From positions 60,946,001 to 61,010,000 of the forward strand of contig NC_086100.1 in NCBI RefSeq assembly GCF_963921235.1: a stretch of DNA of 64,000 nt, given 5' to 3'. Source of the DNA: Mobula hypostoma (lineage: Eukaryota). The notes below the pieces were generated by a model. The model ran no database searches. It worked only from the letters and a program-made list of their open reading frames with translations, and had not been told where the DNA came from. This document shows positions 11,513-25,625 of the stretch, one piece after another. Position 1 is the first letter of the stretch, and each line of letters opens with the position of its first letter. A program made the position numbers and the translations under genes.

Positions 11513-11784
11513 CAGTGGTTCCCAACCTTCGGGCCGTGGACCAATACCTGGCCGCGAAGCATGCAGGGGGTACAATGGTAGCCGGGACGCACCCAGCACA
11601 TCTTTAAGAAAAAAGCCAAAATAAACAAGCTAATTAATTACATGCCGCCTGGCACGTAAATGTCTGCCCAGATCAGAGGCGATTGCCGATTGCGTAGAGC
11701 TATTTCAGCTTTTTTCTTAAAGATGTGCTGGGTGTGTCCTGGCTACCACTGCACGCTTTGCGGCCCAGAGGCTGGGGACCACTG
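11513..11784. mobile_element. hAT (Charlie-like) MITE, 272 bp
   Basis: TIRs CAGTGGTTCCCAACCT/AGGCTGGGGACCACTG; perfect 8 bp TSD gtctactg; ~47 bp internal inverted repeat. Confidence 0.92.
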
Positions 11785-12619
11785 GTCTACTGAGTGTCTG
11801 TGGGAGGAAGTTGGAAAGAAGGGGTCAATAACTCTACTGGGTGTTTTTTTTTAAAAAATAGACCACCCAATCGTAACAGGGATATTGAGGAGCAGATAGG
11901 GAGACAGATTCTGGAAAGGTGTAATAATAAGTGTTGTCGTAGTGGGAGATTTTAATTTCCCAAATATTTATTGGTATCTCCCTAGAGCAAGGAGTTTAGA
12001 TGGGGTGGAGTTTGTTAGGTGTGTTCAGGAAGGTTTCCTAACACAATATGTAGATAAGCCTACAAAAGGAGAGGCAGTACTTGATCTGGTAGTGAGAAAT
12101 GTACCTGGTTAGGTGTTAGGTCTCACAGTGGGAGAGCATTTTGGAGATAGTGATCACAATCTCCTTTACCACAGCATTGGAGAGGGATAAGAACAAACAA
12201 GTTAGGGAAACGTTTAATTGGAGGAAGGAGAAATAGGAACTTGGAAGCATAAATTGGAAACAGATGTTCTCAGGGAAACGCGCGGAAGAAATGTGGCAAA
12301 TGTTCAGGGGACATCTGCGTGGCGTGCTGCATAGGTATGTTCCACTTAGACAGGGAACGGATGGTAGGTACATCAACCGTGGTGTACAAAGGCTGTTGAA
12401 AATCTAGTCAAGAGGAAAAGCCAAGCTTACGAAATGTTCAAAAATCTAGGTAATGATATGAATCTAGAAGATAAGGCTAGCAGGAAGGAGCTTAAGAATC
12501 AAATTAGGAGAGCCAGAAGAGGCCATGAGAAGGCCTTGGTGGACAGGATTAAGGAAAACCCCAAGGCATTCTATGAGTATGTGAAGAGCAAGAGGATAAG
12601 ATATAAGAGAACAGGACTA

Positions 12620-14110
12620 TAAACACAAAATAATCTGCAGATGCTGGGATCAAAACAACACTCACAACACGCTGGAGAAACTCAGCAGGTCAGGCAGCAT
12701 CAGTGGAAACGATGAGTCAACGTTTTGGGCTTGAACTCTTCATCAGGACTGAAGAAAGAAGGTGGTGGGAGGGTTGGAAGAAGGCTGGTAGGGTCAGTTG
12801 AAAAACCAGTAATTTGAAAGAAAGGGGTGGGGGAGGGGAAGCAGGGAGGTGATAGGCAGGAGAACAATGGGTAGAAGGAGGAGGCAGAACCATGAGGGAA
12901 GTGATTGGCAGTTGGGGGAGGGGGCAGAGTGAAATAGGGATAGGGGAAGGGAGGGGGAGGGAATTACCCAAAGTTGGAGAACTCTATGTTCATACCAAGG
13001 GGCTGGAGACCCTAGACGGTATATGAGGTGCTGCTCCTCCACCCTGAGTTTAGCCTCATCATGGCAGTAGAGGAGGCCATGTATGGACATATCTGAATGG
13101 GAATGGGAAGCAGAGTTGAAGTGGGTGGCTACCGGGAGATCCTGTCTGTTGTGGCGGACGGAGTGGAGGTGCTCGACGAAGCGGTCCCCCAATCTGCGTC
13201 GGGTTTCACCGATGTAGAGGCGGCCGCGCCGGATGCAACAGATGACCCCAACAGACTCACAAGTGAAGTGTTGCCTCACGTGGAAAGTCTGTTTGGGGCC
13301 CTGAATGGTGGCAAGAGAGGAGGTATAGGGACAGGGTTAGCACTTACGCTTACAGGGATAAGTGCCGGGTGGGAGATCCGTGGGGATGGATGTGCGGATA
13401 AGGGAGTCGCGGAGGGACCAATCCCTGTGGAAAGCAGAAAGGGGTGGAGAAGGAAAGATGTGCTTAGTGGTGGGGTCCTGTTGAAGGTGGCAGAAGCTGC
13501 AGAGGATAATGTGCTGGATCCGGAGGCTGGTGGCGTGGTAGGTGAGGACAAGGGGAACTCTGTCCCTGTTGTGGTTGCGGGAGGGTGGGGTGAGGGCCGA
13601 GGGCCGAAGTGCGGGAAATGGAGGAGATGCGGGTGAGGGCATCATTGATGATGGTAGAAGGGAAATCACGATCCTTAAAGAAAGAGGACATTTGAGATGT
13701 CCTGGAACGGAAAGCCTCATCCTGAGAGCAGATGCGGCAGAGACGTAGGAACTGGGAATAGGGAATGGGATTTTTGCATGTGGCGGGGTGGGAAGAGGTA
13801 TAGTTGAGGTAGTTATGAGAATCACTGCGCTTGTAGAAGATGTCAGTGGACAGTCTGTCTCCAGAGATGGAGACCGAGACACCGAGAAAGGGGAGAGAAG
13901 TGTCCGAGATAGACCAAGTGAATTTGAGGGCTGGGTGGAAGTTTGAAGTAAAGTTGATTAAATTGACGAGTTCAGCATGGGAGCAGGAAGCAGCACTAAT
14001 GTAGTCGTCAAGGTACTGAAGGAAAAGTTGGAGAGCAGTATCAGAATAGGTTTGGAGCACAGACTGTTCCACATAACCAACGAAGAGGCAGGCATAGCTG
14101 GGTCCCATGC
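12620..14110 (-). mobile_element. 5'-truncated Penelope-like element (RT + GIY-YIG endonuclease + pLTR)
   Basis: MGPSYACLFVGY, YLDD, FLGV RT motifs; GVIC..LYIGETRRRLGDRFVEH GIY-YIG; perfect 13 bp TSD gagaacaggacta; frameshifted. Confidence 0.93.
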
Positions 14111-16782
14111 GAGAACAGGACTAATCAAGTGTAACCGTGGAAGTGTGTATGGAACTGAAGGAGATAGCAGAGGTACTGAACGAATACTTTGCTTCAGTAT
14201 TCACTACAGAAAAGGATCTTGGCGATTGTAGGGATGACTTACAGCGGACTTGCTTGAGCATGTAGATATTAAGGAAGAGGATGTGCTGGAACTTCTGGAA
14301 AGCATCAAGTTGGATAAGTCACCAGGACCAGACGAGATGCATCTCAGGCTACTGTGGGAGGTAAGGGAGGAGATTGCTGAGCCTCTGGCAATGATCTTTG
14401 CATCATCAGTGGAGATGGGAGAGGTTCTGGAGGATTGGAGGGTTGCAGATGTTGTTCCCTTATTCAAGGAAGGGAGTGAAGATAGCCCAGGAAATTATAG
14501 ACCAGTGAGTCTTACTTCAATGGTTGGTAGGTTGATGGAAAACATCCTGAGGCAGGATTTATGAACATTTGGCGAGGCATACTATGATTAGGAATAGTCG
14601 GCATGGCTTTGTCAAAGGCAGGTTGTGCCTTACGAGCCTGTTTGAATTTTGTGAGGATGTGACTGAACACATTCATAAAGGTAGAGCAGTAGATGCAATG
14701 TATGTGGATTTCAGCAAGGTATTTGATATGGTACCCCATGCAAGGCTTATTGAGAAAGTAAGGAGGCATGGGATTCAAGGGGACATTGCTTTGTGGATCC
14801 AGAATTGGCGTGCCCACAGAAGGCAAAGAGTGGTTGCAGATGGGTCATATTCTGCATCGAGGTTGATCCTCAGGGATCTGTCTAGGGACCCATTGTGTTC
14901 TTGATTTTTTATAAATGACCTGGGATAAGGAAGCAGAGGCATGGGTTAGTAAATTCGCTAATGACACAAAGGTTGGGGGTGTTGTGGATAGTGTGGAGGG
15001 CTGTCAGAGGTTACAGCAGGATATTGATAGGATGTAAAACTGAGCTGAGAAGTGGCAGATGGAGGTCAACCCAGATAAGTGTGAGGTGGTTCATTTTGGT
15101 AGGTCAAATATGATAGGAGAATATAGTATTAATGGTAAGACTGTTGGCAATGTGGAGTATCAGAGGGATCTTGGGGTCCGAGTCTACAGGACACTCTAAG
15201 CTGCTGTGCAGGTTGACCCTGTGGTTAAGAAGCCATACAGTGCATTGGCCTTTATCAACGATGGGATTGAATTTAAGAGCCAAGAGGTAATGTTGCAGCT
15301 ATACAGGACTCTGATCAGACCCCACTTTGAGTTCTAGGCTCAGTTCTGGTCACCTCACTACAGGAAGGATGTGGAAACTATAGGAAGGGTGCAGAGGAGA
15401 TCTACAAGGATGTTGCCTGGATTGGGGAACAGGCTGAGTGATTTTGGCCTTTTCTCCTTGGAGCGGCAGAGGATGAGAGGTGACGATAGAGGTGTATAAG
15501 ATGAGAGGCATCAATCGTGTGGATAGTCAGAGGCTTTTTCCCAGGGCTGAAATGGCTAATATGAGCGGGCACAGTTTTAAGGTGCTTGGAAGTAGGTATA
15601 GAGGCGATGTCGGGTAAGTTTTTTTTTTCTAAAAAGCAAAAAGTGGTGAGTGTGTGGAATGGGCTGCCATTAACAGTGGTGGGAGGCGGATATGATTGTA
15701 TTTTTTAAGAATCTCCTGAATAGGTACATGGAGCTTAGAAAAATAGAGGGCTATGGGTAACCCTAGGTAATTTCTGAAGTAAGTATATGTTCAGCACAGC
15801 ATTGTGGACTGAAGGGCCTGCATTGTACTGTAGGGTTTTCTTATGTTTCTAAAGTGGTGCTTTGCAGTGGTTAAATTTAGAGAATACTCACCTTTGCACT
15901 ATTCTCCGGGTTACTCTTCTCTAGCAAAATATATTCACCGACCTCAAAATTTTCAAATTACCAATTTTTTGGGGGCAGAGTTCCAGAATGTCACCACAAC
16001 TTGGGGGAGATGTGCTTCAGACTTCATCCCTAAATACAGTGACTTATCCATTATATCCATTGAATTTAATTGCCCATTTCAGGGACAGAGATATACAAAC
16101 TAAATCATTATTTTAGATGTGTCATAACAAAAGATATAAAACTTTGTGCAGACTGTTCAACCACATGTTCCTGTTTTGCCATTCAATTACATCATAGCCA
16201 CTTTCCTATAACAACACTTTAATCCCTGAAAATCCAAAATCTATCAAATTCCACCTTGAATACATTCAGCAACAAAGTTTTCAAAAACTTCTCGTAGGGA
16301 ATTTGAAATTCACTCCCCCTAAGTGACATTACTCATCTTCGTCCAGAGTTTTGGACAACATATTCTGAGATTGTAATCCTTGGTTCACAGGTATATCCAT
16401 ATCAACCTGTTCTTTTCTGTGCTTTGATCTCTTATTTTAACTCCTTTTCAGTTGTGTAGACCATGTTCTGGGATTTCTTTAGTGCTTCTAATACCCCTTT
16501 TGATCTTGTCCTTTTACCTCTTAGGAAATGTTTTACAGTCAAATGTGCAACAGTTAGTGGCATTAATGTTGTCTAACAAGAAAGAATTCTTCATTAGAAA
16601 TTTAACCCACCCAAAGTGCACTGTTCCTCTATCAGTAATTATTCTTAGTTTTTTAGGCTTTGAACTTCAATGTCTCCAACCTGCAGACCATTCCATGAGG
16701 ATTGTTCTTAAACTAATATGTTTGAGTTAAATAACTAATTTTGCTAAGTTCAACAATGCAAGGAACAGGTTGCGTAATGTAC

Positions 16783-16927
16783 CTGAGCTTCAGTGCATTC
16801 TTTGAGCACTATAGCACCCTCTTCTTCTAACTTCTTCAGTTCTTCTGTTAGATCTTCAATCTCCTTTTTATTCTCTTCAATTTCTTCTCTCGTTCGCTTC
16901 ACTGCTTCTTCTGCTTTTTTAAAATTT
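16783..16927 (-). CDS. SMC4: SMC4 exon (NFKKAEEAVKRTREEIEENKKEIEDLTEELKKLEEE...EAQ)
   Basis: cag/gtacat sites; 145 nt, phase 2/0. Confidence 0.94.
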
Positions 16928-18064
16928 CTGGAAGATATTTAAAAAGGTATCATTTATTATACGCAGCATGATTAGGTCACCTGAAAGCTAGTCGATGACC
17001 GTAAAGACAAAAAAATGCTGCAATAAGCAGGGTTAGAAAATCAAAGAACATTTGATGTTTAAAGTATTGCATGAAAACAGAAAACAGGTCAGAGGCTCTG
17101 CAGAGAGAAAAAAAGTTAACATTTAACCAGAACTGGGAAAAGTTGATATTTAATTAATTGATGGCACAAGATGGAAGACTATGGCATTTAAATGACAAAA
17201 TAAATGATGGTGCATATCAAAAAGGGTATATTAAGAACCAGATGATGCATCAAGGTCAAACAACAGAATCATTCCAACAGCTGATGTTGTTTTTGGGGGG
17301 GTAGAGATACAATTATGATCTAATATAAAGTACAGAACGTAATGTGGACCCACAAAGCAGAAGTACCCAAATGATAGCTATGTCAAACTTCGCTTCTGGA
17401 AGCAACACTGTGAGCTGAGAACAGAGGCCAGAGTGGAGATTTAAAGGCAATTAAGTAGGACAAGGAAGCATCTGGCTCGTATCAGGAGGTAAACCAAAAT
17501 GTAGTCACCCTAATCTACATGTTGTGCTTGTAATGTGTGAATGGCACATATCACCAATAACGAATACATTATAGTGAATTGAAAGAACAATGAACAAATC
17601 AATCCTTCACCTGGATAAGCTATAGAAAACAACTTTGGGAGAAACAAAAGGTAGTGATTATATTTCTTCCATTAGAGCCACTTGAATCAGGTAGTTTACT
17701 TTAAAGTATATAAAGTTGATGGTATCAATCAGAAAGCCAGTGAAAATAAACCCAACCAAAACGGCAAGACATTGGTTCAACAATTCAACTACAAAAAACA
17801 CAAAACATGTTATGACTAACAGTCAGAGGGATATTAATACTAAATTTATCACATCCTGAAATATAAAATTTCAATTCTTCAAAATACTACAAAACCCAAT
17901 TCTATCTTGTCTCATAATTCTCAAATTTCAAATCAAATATGGATAGCGGGCTAAAAAAAAACTAGGCAATGTGATGAACAGAAGCCTAAGAACCCCCAAA
18001 AGCATTGAAGCTTCAAAATTGTCTGGTGCTTTTATTCCAAAGTGGGTTGGTTGTTTTTCAATGT

Positions 18065-19430
18065 TTAGATTAGATTAGATTCAACTTTATTGTCATTGTG
18101 CCGAGTACAGATACAAAGCCAATGAAATGCAGTTAGCATCTAAGCAGAAATGCAAAGAATAGTGTTATTTACAAAATAACTGCAAATAAAAAGTAAGTGC
18201 TACAGCACACAAATATAAAAGTACTGAGACAGTACAATATGTGTGCAATACTGCTTAGCGCTGTGATGTGAGGTGAGGTTCAGCAGGGTCACAGCCTCAG
18301 GGAAGAAGCTCTTCCTGTGCCTGCTGGTGCGGAAGCAGAGGCCCCTGTAGTGCCTACCGGGTGGAAGGAGAGTAAAAAGTCCATGGTTAGGGTGAGATGC
18401 ATCCTTGATAATGCTTTTCACCCTGCCCAGGCAGCATTTATGGTAGATATTCTTTATGGTGGGCAATTGGGTGCCAATAATCCACTGGGCAGTTTTCACC
18501 ACACGCTGGAGTGCTTTGCAGTCTGATACGGGACAATTGCCATACCACACTGAGATGCAGTTGGTGAGTATGCTGTCAATGGTACAGCGGTAAAAGTCCG
18601 TCAGTATCCTGGGACAGAGGTGAGCTTCCTTGATGCTCAGCAGGAAATAAAGGCGCTGTTGCACCTTTTTGAGCAGGATGGAATTCAGGGACCAGGTGAG
18701 ATCCTCGGAAATGTGGACACCAAGGAACTTGAAGCTTGATACACGCTCCACTACAGCTCCATTGATGTAGATGGGGACATGAGTGTGGCTCCTCGCATGC
18801 CTGAAGTCCACAATGATCTCCTTGGTCTTCTGGGTGTCAAGGGCCAGGTTGTTGTCGGCACACCACGTGGCCAGGTGCTGGACCTCGTCCCTGTAGGCCG
18901 TCTCGTCATCCCTCTGATCAGACCAACCACCGTGGTGTCGTCTGTGAACTTGATTATGGAGTTAGAACCATGTACAGGACTGTAGTCATATGTGAAAAGG
19001 GAGTACAGAAGAGGGCTCAGCACACAGCCTTGAGGGACGCTGGTGCTCAGGGTGAGAGTGGAGGAGGAGAGGTTGTCTAAGTTAACTGATTGGGGTCTGT
19101 TAGTCAGAAAATCTGAGGTCCAATTGCAGAGGGATAAGCTGATACCAAGCTGGCGAAGTTTGGCAATCAACTTGGAGGAGATCACAGTATTGAATGCCAA
19201 ACTGCATTCTGATATAGAGTTGGGGCTGTCCAGGTGGGTCAGGGCAGAGTGAAGTGCCGTGGAGATGGCGTCCTCTGTTGACCTGTTGCTGCGATAGGCA
19301 AATTGATGGGGGTCCAGGGTAGTGGGCAGACAGGATTTCAGATGTGGTAGATCCAGTCTCTCAAAGCACTTTGCAATGATGGAGGTGAGTGCAACTGGCG
19401 GAAGTCATTCAGGCCTGTGGCAGTGGCACT
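18065..19430 (-). mobile_element. Rex1/Babar LINE 3' portion
   Basis: RT motifs [36 protein letters not shown]; (TCTAA)n tail at 18065-18080. Confidence 0.88.
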
Positions 19431-20329
19431 AAAAGGCTGCTATTGATATACTTATGCATAAAGGATACAAATCTATAGCGCTGAGTAAATGAAGAATATA
19501 GAAAGAACTGAAGGGCCTGGCCTCTTTGAAGAGTGCATCAAGACAAATTTTTGCGTGTTTCACCATGAAGAGGACAGAAAAGGATATTCTGAATATAATT
19601 GAGTAGGAAGTGAACACAAGGAAAACTTCAGTTTTGGGAGAGAATGGGAAAACAGCAGAAATGTAGGAAAATGGAATAAACTTGGTCAAGGGCTTCATCA
19701 ATATTGTGAGATCGATTCCTTAATTGAAGGAAATGCTTATAGGAACAGACATTAAATGCAAATGAGAAACTGGGAGAAAGAATTAGAAACTTAATTAAAA
19801 AAACACCTCCAAAAATACAGACAGCAGTTGATGAAAAGGAACTTGAGAGCTAAGTGAAAAAAAAACAGTAAAAGTTGTTTCCCATGCAAAGCAGGACAAG
19901 GACAAAAAATTGACTGAGAGGCCTCAATGAAAAGGTGAGGGAAAGAACCCAAATAAGAACAGAAAATGTCCCATACAATCCACTAAAGGTCACTTAAGTT
20001 ATTAAGGTTATAAAGGAGAAGTCTTTCAAGGCCAGCACAAGCTCAGTCAGGCCAAGGAGGGATTTACTGAATAAGGACAAGTTAGGCCTTCGTTCACGAA
20101 GCACAGGGATCCATCATGGTGGAGAGGTTGCATTTTCACTGATCTTCAAATTTTTGTTTTAACTTCTTTATTATTTAATTTCTCCCATCTTCACTCTATC
20201 AACGGATCTTCTCTTTCGTGAATTAATTCATTACCAAATAAGAAGCCATCCAGCCCATTTGCTCTCGGCTTATTTCTCTGTAACCACACCTTGTTCTCCC
20301 TTATCCATCAACTCCTCTAACCATTTCCC

Positions 20330-20505
20330 CCAACAATAAGAGTTTATAGAGTAGTTAGTTAGCTTTCTGATACTTGTGACGTGAGGGGAAATTGTGGCAC
20401 ACGATCACATGCAGAATGTGCAAAATTCGCAAACACAACACCTGATATCATAATGAAACCCAAATTCAAGGAACTACTATGCAGTAGCACTGACATTCCA
20501 GCACA
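20330..20505 (-). mobile_element. Highly decayed tRNA-derived SINE (V-SINE/HE1-like)
   Basis: Recognisable gaatgtgcaaa..caaacacaaca..gaaaccca pattern; very diverged. Confidence 0.35.
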
Positions 20506-20829
20506 TCAGCACTCTTTTCTTCCTACCACAACCTGCCTGGCCTTGCCAAAAAGAATTACACTTTAACTAAAGCAAAATATAGAGGATGGTAGAAATCCAA
20601 AAATAAATGCTGGAAATATCTACCAGAGTTCAGACAACATCCATTAAACAAGAAACATAATATATTCAGGCTAATGACATTTTATCAGAACCACACAATA
20701 TGTATGTCTATCCTTTTATGAGTTCTGATGAAAGACCACTTGCATAAAATGTGTACTTTTGTCTCTCCAACTGCATGGGCAACGTGTCCCATGGGCATTT
20801 CTACTTATTTTATTTATACTCAAACTTAC

Positions 20830-21019
20830 CTTCCTGCTGTTTTGATAGCAACTTGTGCTTTTGTAATGGAAGATGTGCAATCATCTATTTCTTTGTTAAT
20901 TTTGTCCAGTTTATCCTGTTGGGCTTTAAGTTTTTTATTGTTGATTTCAACAATAAGTTCATGCAATCGTTTCACCTCTGCCTCAATTTTCCCAGCTTTT
21001 GCCGCAGCCTTTTCATACT
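20830..21019 (-). CDS. SMC4: SMC4 exon (YEKAAAKAGKIEAEVKRLH...ITKAQVAIKTAG)
   Basis: cag/gtaagt sites; 190 nt, phase 1/2. Confidence 0.95.
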
Positions 21020-21429
21020 CTGGAGAAAGAAAAATGGAACAACTTTTACCAAAAGTGTAAAGGTAGTTATTTCAGTTAAATGCCCTACCTAAATAAAAAC
21101 AGAAATTATTAAAATGTTGAATTATTCTTCCAATAATATGACAGTTTAACAAGGAATGCAAAACAGAAATTAACAGTCAAAGTAATATAGTACTTGCACA
21201 TTTTTGTTAAAATCTCAGTACAGGTGAATTCAAAGGCATGACTTTATTGATACAGGGTAACATTGAGCAATGTGGTATGTTCTATCACTCCAAATTTTAA
21301 AATGGGAAGAAAATAATGCACATGATCCAAACTTGGAGAATACATGAAGAATGAAAACCAAAAACACCATCACTGAGGTCTTTTGGGAGACTGTTATTCT
21401 TGAAGTTGATTCCTAAATGCAGTTTCTGC

Positions 21430-22045
21430 ATCCCTTATTTCCTGGAGGCGTATAAGGGATATAGAAGTGTACTTGAGAAAGAAATCAGGAGGGCTGAAAG
21501 GAAGCATACGATAACCCTGACAGAGAGAATTAAGAAAAATCCAAGAGATTTTAAAAGAAAATTAAGGGAAAAAAAACTAGAAAGAAATCAAGGCCCCTTA
21601 AAGACCAAAGGAAATACCTTAGTGTGAAGGCACAAGAGATGGGCAAGATCCTTAATAAATATTTCTTCTGTTTTTACCATAGCAAAAGATATTAAGACTT
21701 TGGAACTAGGAAAGTAAATGGGGAGGTCTTTGGGATAGTCTACAGCATCGGTGGTGCTAGATGTCTCCAAAGGTATGAAGGCAGACAAATCTCCAGGGCC
21801 TGACCAGGTTTATCCAAGAACATGTGGAACGCTAGAGAATTGGAGCCCTGGCTGAGATATTTGCATTGTTAGCTAATGGCGAAGTGCTAGCAGAATGGAG
21901 GGTAGTGAATGCTGTGCCTTTGTTTAAAAAGGGTGGCAAAGAAAAAAAGCGAGAAAGGTTATGGGCCAAACCTGGATGGGGAATCTTGGTAGCAAATACC
22001 AGTTAGGCCAACTGGCCTGTTTCTGTGAGGTATGACTATGTAGGG
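21430..22045 (+). mobile_element. Internally deleted CR1 fragment
   Basis: KEIRRAERKH, KADKSPGPD remnants joined to a CR1-type 3' end. Confidence 0.75.
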
Positions 22046-22809
22046 AAGCCATACCAAATTAACAAAACCTTTCTGGCACAATGAAAAAGTTTGCCTGCCT
22101 TAGTGTACAATTAACTCCCCAAACACGCATGGCTGTGATGACATAGTCACTGAACCTGCACCAGCTTCTTGCTGGGAAAATGCAGTTAGTGGAAAATGCA
22201 CCACAGGACTCCATCTGTAGCCTAAATATCTCAGTGTATTTGGAATGAAAATGATGACCATCTCTCAAGATGTTCATGCTCATTGCTATGATCCACAGTT
22301 ATTCAACTGGCCTTCCCCAGTGGAAAAAAAAGTTGTGCACCAATGGTCTTGTCATTCACTAGATCAGCAGATAATTCTTGCTGTGCTTTTAAAAGCATTT
22401 TTAAGTTATTCATGATTGAGATGTTAAAGTCAATTCTAAGAATTACACATTTTTGATATATTAAAGGGCACAGGTGAATGCAATATCAGATAACATTTAA
22501 ACAAGAATGTCTAAATTTAAAAAAAGTGTCATAGGGATGTTTCTTTAAGTAATGTTACTTATTAGCAGAGTATATTTTAAACCAAGTAGAGATTCTTTCT
22601 AAAATCACAATAATTCTTTTAATTAACCTGTTTTGTGTATGTGCATTGTTTGGAACGACATAGCAGATAGAGAGTAGGATTTATGGACAGGGTATATGGA
22701 ACACTAATAACCGATTCTAAGCAGAAGAGTTTTGCAACTGAAAAGAATACATTCCTCATACAAAGCTCCAAATAAAGAAAGAGATGCATAACAATGAACT
22801 CAAGCTCAC

Positions 22810-22936
22810 CTTTCTTGTAAGTGTCCAATAGCTTCTGTAGTTCTTTCTGTTTATTCTGATCAGGAACTGCTGCCACCACATTTGCTTCAAGATCCTTCAC
22901 CCGAATTGTCAAGTGAACTTCCTGTTCAGTCAGGCC
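22810..22936 (-). CDS. SMC4: SMC4 exon (GLTEQEVHLTIRVKDLEANVVAAVPD...YKK)
   Basis: tag/gtgagc sites; 127 nt, phase 0/1. Confidence 0.94.
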
Positions 22937-23626
22937 CTAATTTAAGCAAATATTTCATTATTTAACTAATCTTTCAGCGTGGTGGCATCTTGAACAGTTT
23001 TCCAGGGGTGAAAGCCAATTCCTGCACAACTCGCTAAAAATACAATTTTCTGAATTGACCCATATTGTATGTGCATTGTTTGGAATGACAAAAGATTGCA
23101 GAGCTTATGGACAGGGACCAGGGAGCAGTGGAGTTCTGCAATTAATTTAAGATAAAAATTTAGGTGCCTCACTCAGCCCCTACGTTTACCCTGCTGAGAA
23201 TGCAGTACTATTTATTTCAATAGACTTACACTGAAGAGCCAACAGTTGTGAGGGTAGATTAAGAATAAAGCATATTGATGAATTTCAAATTGCCCAGTAT
23301 TCAAAAAAAGGGCTCTTCCATTATTCCTCAATTTAATAATCAATGAGATGGACTCCTCCTTAAAAATAAGGCTGCACCGTGTTCCTTCCCCAAACGATAC
23401 TGTTCAATGTTTTATATAGTTGGAGTAATTCAATTACCATTGCAGATGCAAAATTAAAATATCAGCCAAGAGTCTGGTAACTAACTTGACAGCTTTCCCA
23501 CCAAACTCACAGTTGGAATATTAATTCACTAAAATTAAGAGCAAGACATTACCCAGCTCTCAGGAAAAAGAAGCCATAACTCCATGCTTATAAGATACCA
23601 CAAAGTTTGGAATGTGTGAATACATA

Positions 23627-24858
23627 AGGACGTAACTAGTAGAGTTGATAGGGGAGAACCAGTGGCTGTGGTATATTTGGATTTTCAAAAGGCTTTTGAC
23701 AAGGTCCCACACAGGAAATTAGTGTGTAAACTTAAAGCACACAGTATTGGGGGTATGGTATTGATGTGGATAGAGATTTGGTTGGCAGACAGGAAGCAAA
23801 GAGTGGAAATAAACTGGACCTTTTCAGAATGGCAGGCAGTGACGAGTGGGGTATTGCAAGGCTCAGTGCTGAGACCCCAGTTGTTTATAATATATAATAA
23901 TGACTTAGACGAGGGAATTAAATGCAGCATCTCCAAGTTTGCGGATGACACGAAGCTGGGCGGCAGTGTTAGCTGTGAGGAGGATGCAGAGTGACTTGGA
24001 TAGGTTAGGTGAGTGGGCAAATTCATGGCAGATGCAATTTAATATAGATAAATTTGAGGTTATCCACTTTGGTGGCCAGGACAGGAAAACAGATTATCTG
24101 AATGGTGGCTGATTAGGAAAAGGGGAGGTGCAACGAGACCTGGGTGTCATTATACACCAGTCATTGAAAGTGGGCATGCAGGTACAGCAGGCAGTGAAAA
24201 AGGCGAATAGTATGCTGGCATTCATAGCAAGAGAATTCGAGTACAGGAGCAGGGAGGTACTACTGCAGTTGTATAAGGCCTTGGCGAGACCACACCTGGA
24301 GTACTGTGTGCAGTTTTGGTCCCCTAATCTGAGGAAAGACATTCTCGCCTTAGAGGGAGTACAAAGAAGGTTCACCAGATTGATTCCTGGGATGGCAGGA
24401 CTTTCATATGATGAAAGACTGGATCGACAAGGCTTATACTCGCTGGAATTTAGAAGATTGAGGGGGGGATCTTATTGTAACGTATAAAATTCTAAAGGGG
24501 TTGGACAGGCTAGATGCAGGAAGATTGTTCCCGATGTTGGGAAAGTCCAGAACGACGGGTCACAGTTTAAGGATAAAGGGGAAGCCTTTTAGGACCGAGA
24601 TGAGGAAAAACTTCTTCATACAGAGAGTGGTGAATCTGTGGAATTCTCTGCCACAGGAAACAGTTGAGGCCAGTTCATTGGCTATATTTAAGAGGGAGTT
24701 AGATATGGCCCTTGTGGCTAAAGGGATCTGGGGGTATGGAGAGAAGGCAGGTACAGGGTTCTGAGTTGGATGATCAGCCATGATCATACTGAATGGCAGT
24801 GCAGGCTCGAAGGGCCGAATGGCTTACTCCTGCACCTATTTTCTATGTTTCTATGTTT
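23627..24858 (+). mobile_element. 5'-truncated CR1 LINE (RT C-half and 3' UTR), relatively young
   Basis: YLDFQKAFDKVPH, QGSVL, KFADDTK, RPHLEYCVQFW; (TTTCTATG)n tail. Confidence 0.94.
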
Positions 24859-25472
24859 AATACAAATGGCAAACACCAAAAAATATTCAACCAATAAAAA
24901 TATTAATTATACTACAAATTATCAGTACTAACTTTCAACTTGTATGTTGATATTTTAAATATGTACTAGAAAACACCTTATTTGCTTTGTTATTAAGTAC
25001 ATGTAAGCTAGTCCACCTTTGCTGTATGGGTGGAATAACAGCAGCAAGTACTCATTAAGAAGATTAGGATGAAGTATTTTTGAGAGTAGTCCTCAAAACT
25101 ATTTCAATTATCAATCAGATTCTTTCCAGAAGAACCCTGCACAAATTTTCTAATTTAAAGATGCTGCACAAATGCAACCTATTGCTGAAATGATCTTGTT
25201 CAATAAACATGGCTGATTTCCAGTGTAAGTTTGCATAACTGAATTTGGTGACCAATTTCACCCAACATATTTTTAAGAGACCAACACAAGTTTCATTGTT
25301 ACACATTACCAATGTAAATGGTAACCTGAAACCAGATTCTATATCAAAAGTTACACTATACCTTGTTATACATCATTTTGATAGTACTATATTAAAATAG
25401 TTGATCTAATGGCCCTGTAAAATGGAACTATATTTCACAAATGTCACAAAATAATATATTAAAATTACAAAC

Positions 25473-25625
25473 CTGTATGCTTGCTGTGTATTTTTCCAAC
25501 ATGTTTTTCATCTCCCTGATACTCTGCTGCATCTTAACCACTTTTTCTTCCAAATTACTCTTCTGTCCTTGGTATTCTTGTGCCATTGCCAATTCCTTTT
25601 GCAATTTAGTCTCCATTTTCTCCAC
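25473..25625 (-). CDS. SMC4: SMC4 exon (VEKMETKLQKE...LEKYTASIQ)
   Basis: tag/gtttgt sites; 153 nt, phase 0/0. Confidence 0.95.

Larger units (their letters stand above)
10760..15851 (+). mobile_element. Near full-length decayed CR1 LINE (ORF1 esterase end, ORF2 EN-RT, 3' tail), interrupted by a hAT MITE and a PLE
   Basis: FNARSIINKVDEL, KSPGPD, NYRPVSLTS, YVDFSKVFD motifs; 3' end gggcctg...ttatgtttcta; many frameshifts. Confidence 0.93.

Noticed and set aside
13097-13636. 179 aa + strand ORF and other overlapping ORFs at 13.0-14.2 kb
   Set aside because: Antisense or alternative frames of the GC-rich Penelope element
17010-17620. Very old Penelope-like remnants (also ~20570-20700 and ~42830-42990)
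   Set aside because: Too decayed to set boundaries or TSDs with confidence, so not listed as features
20728-21092. + strand ORFs opposite SMC4 exons (also 5298, 25441, 44464, 58951)
   Set aside because: Shadow frames of coiled-coil exons; no independent homology or splice evidence
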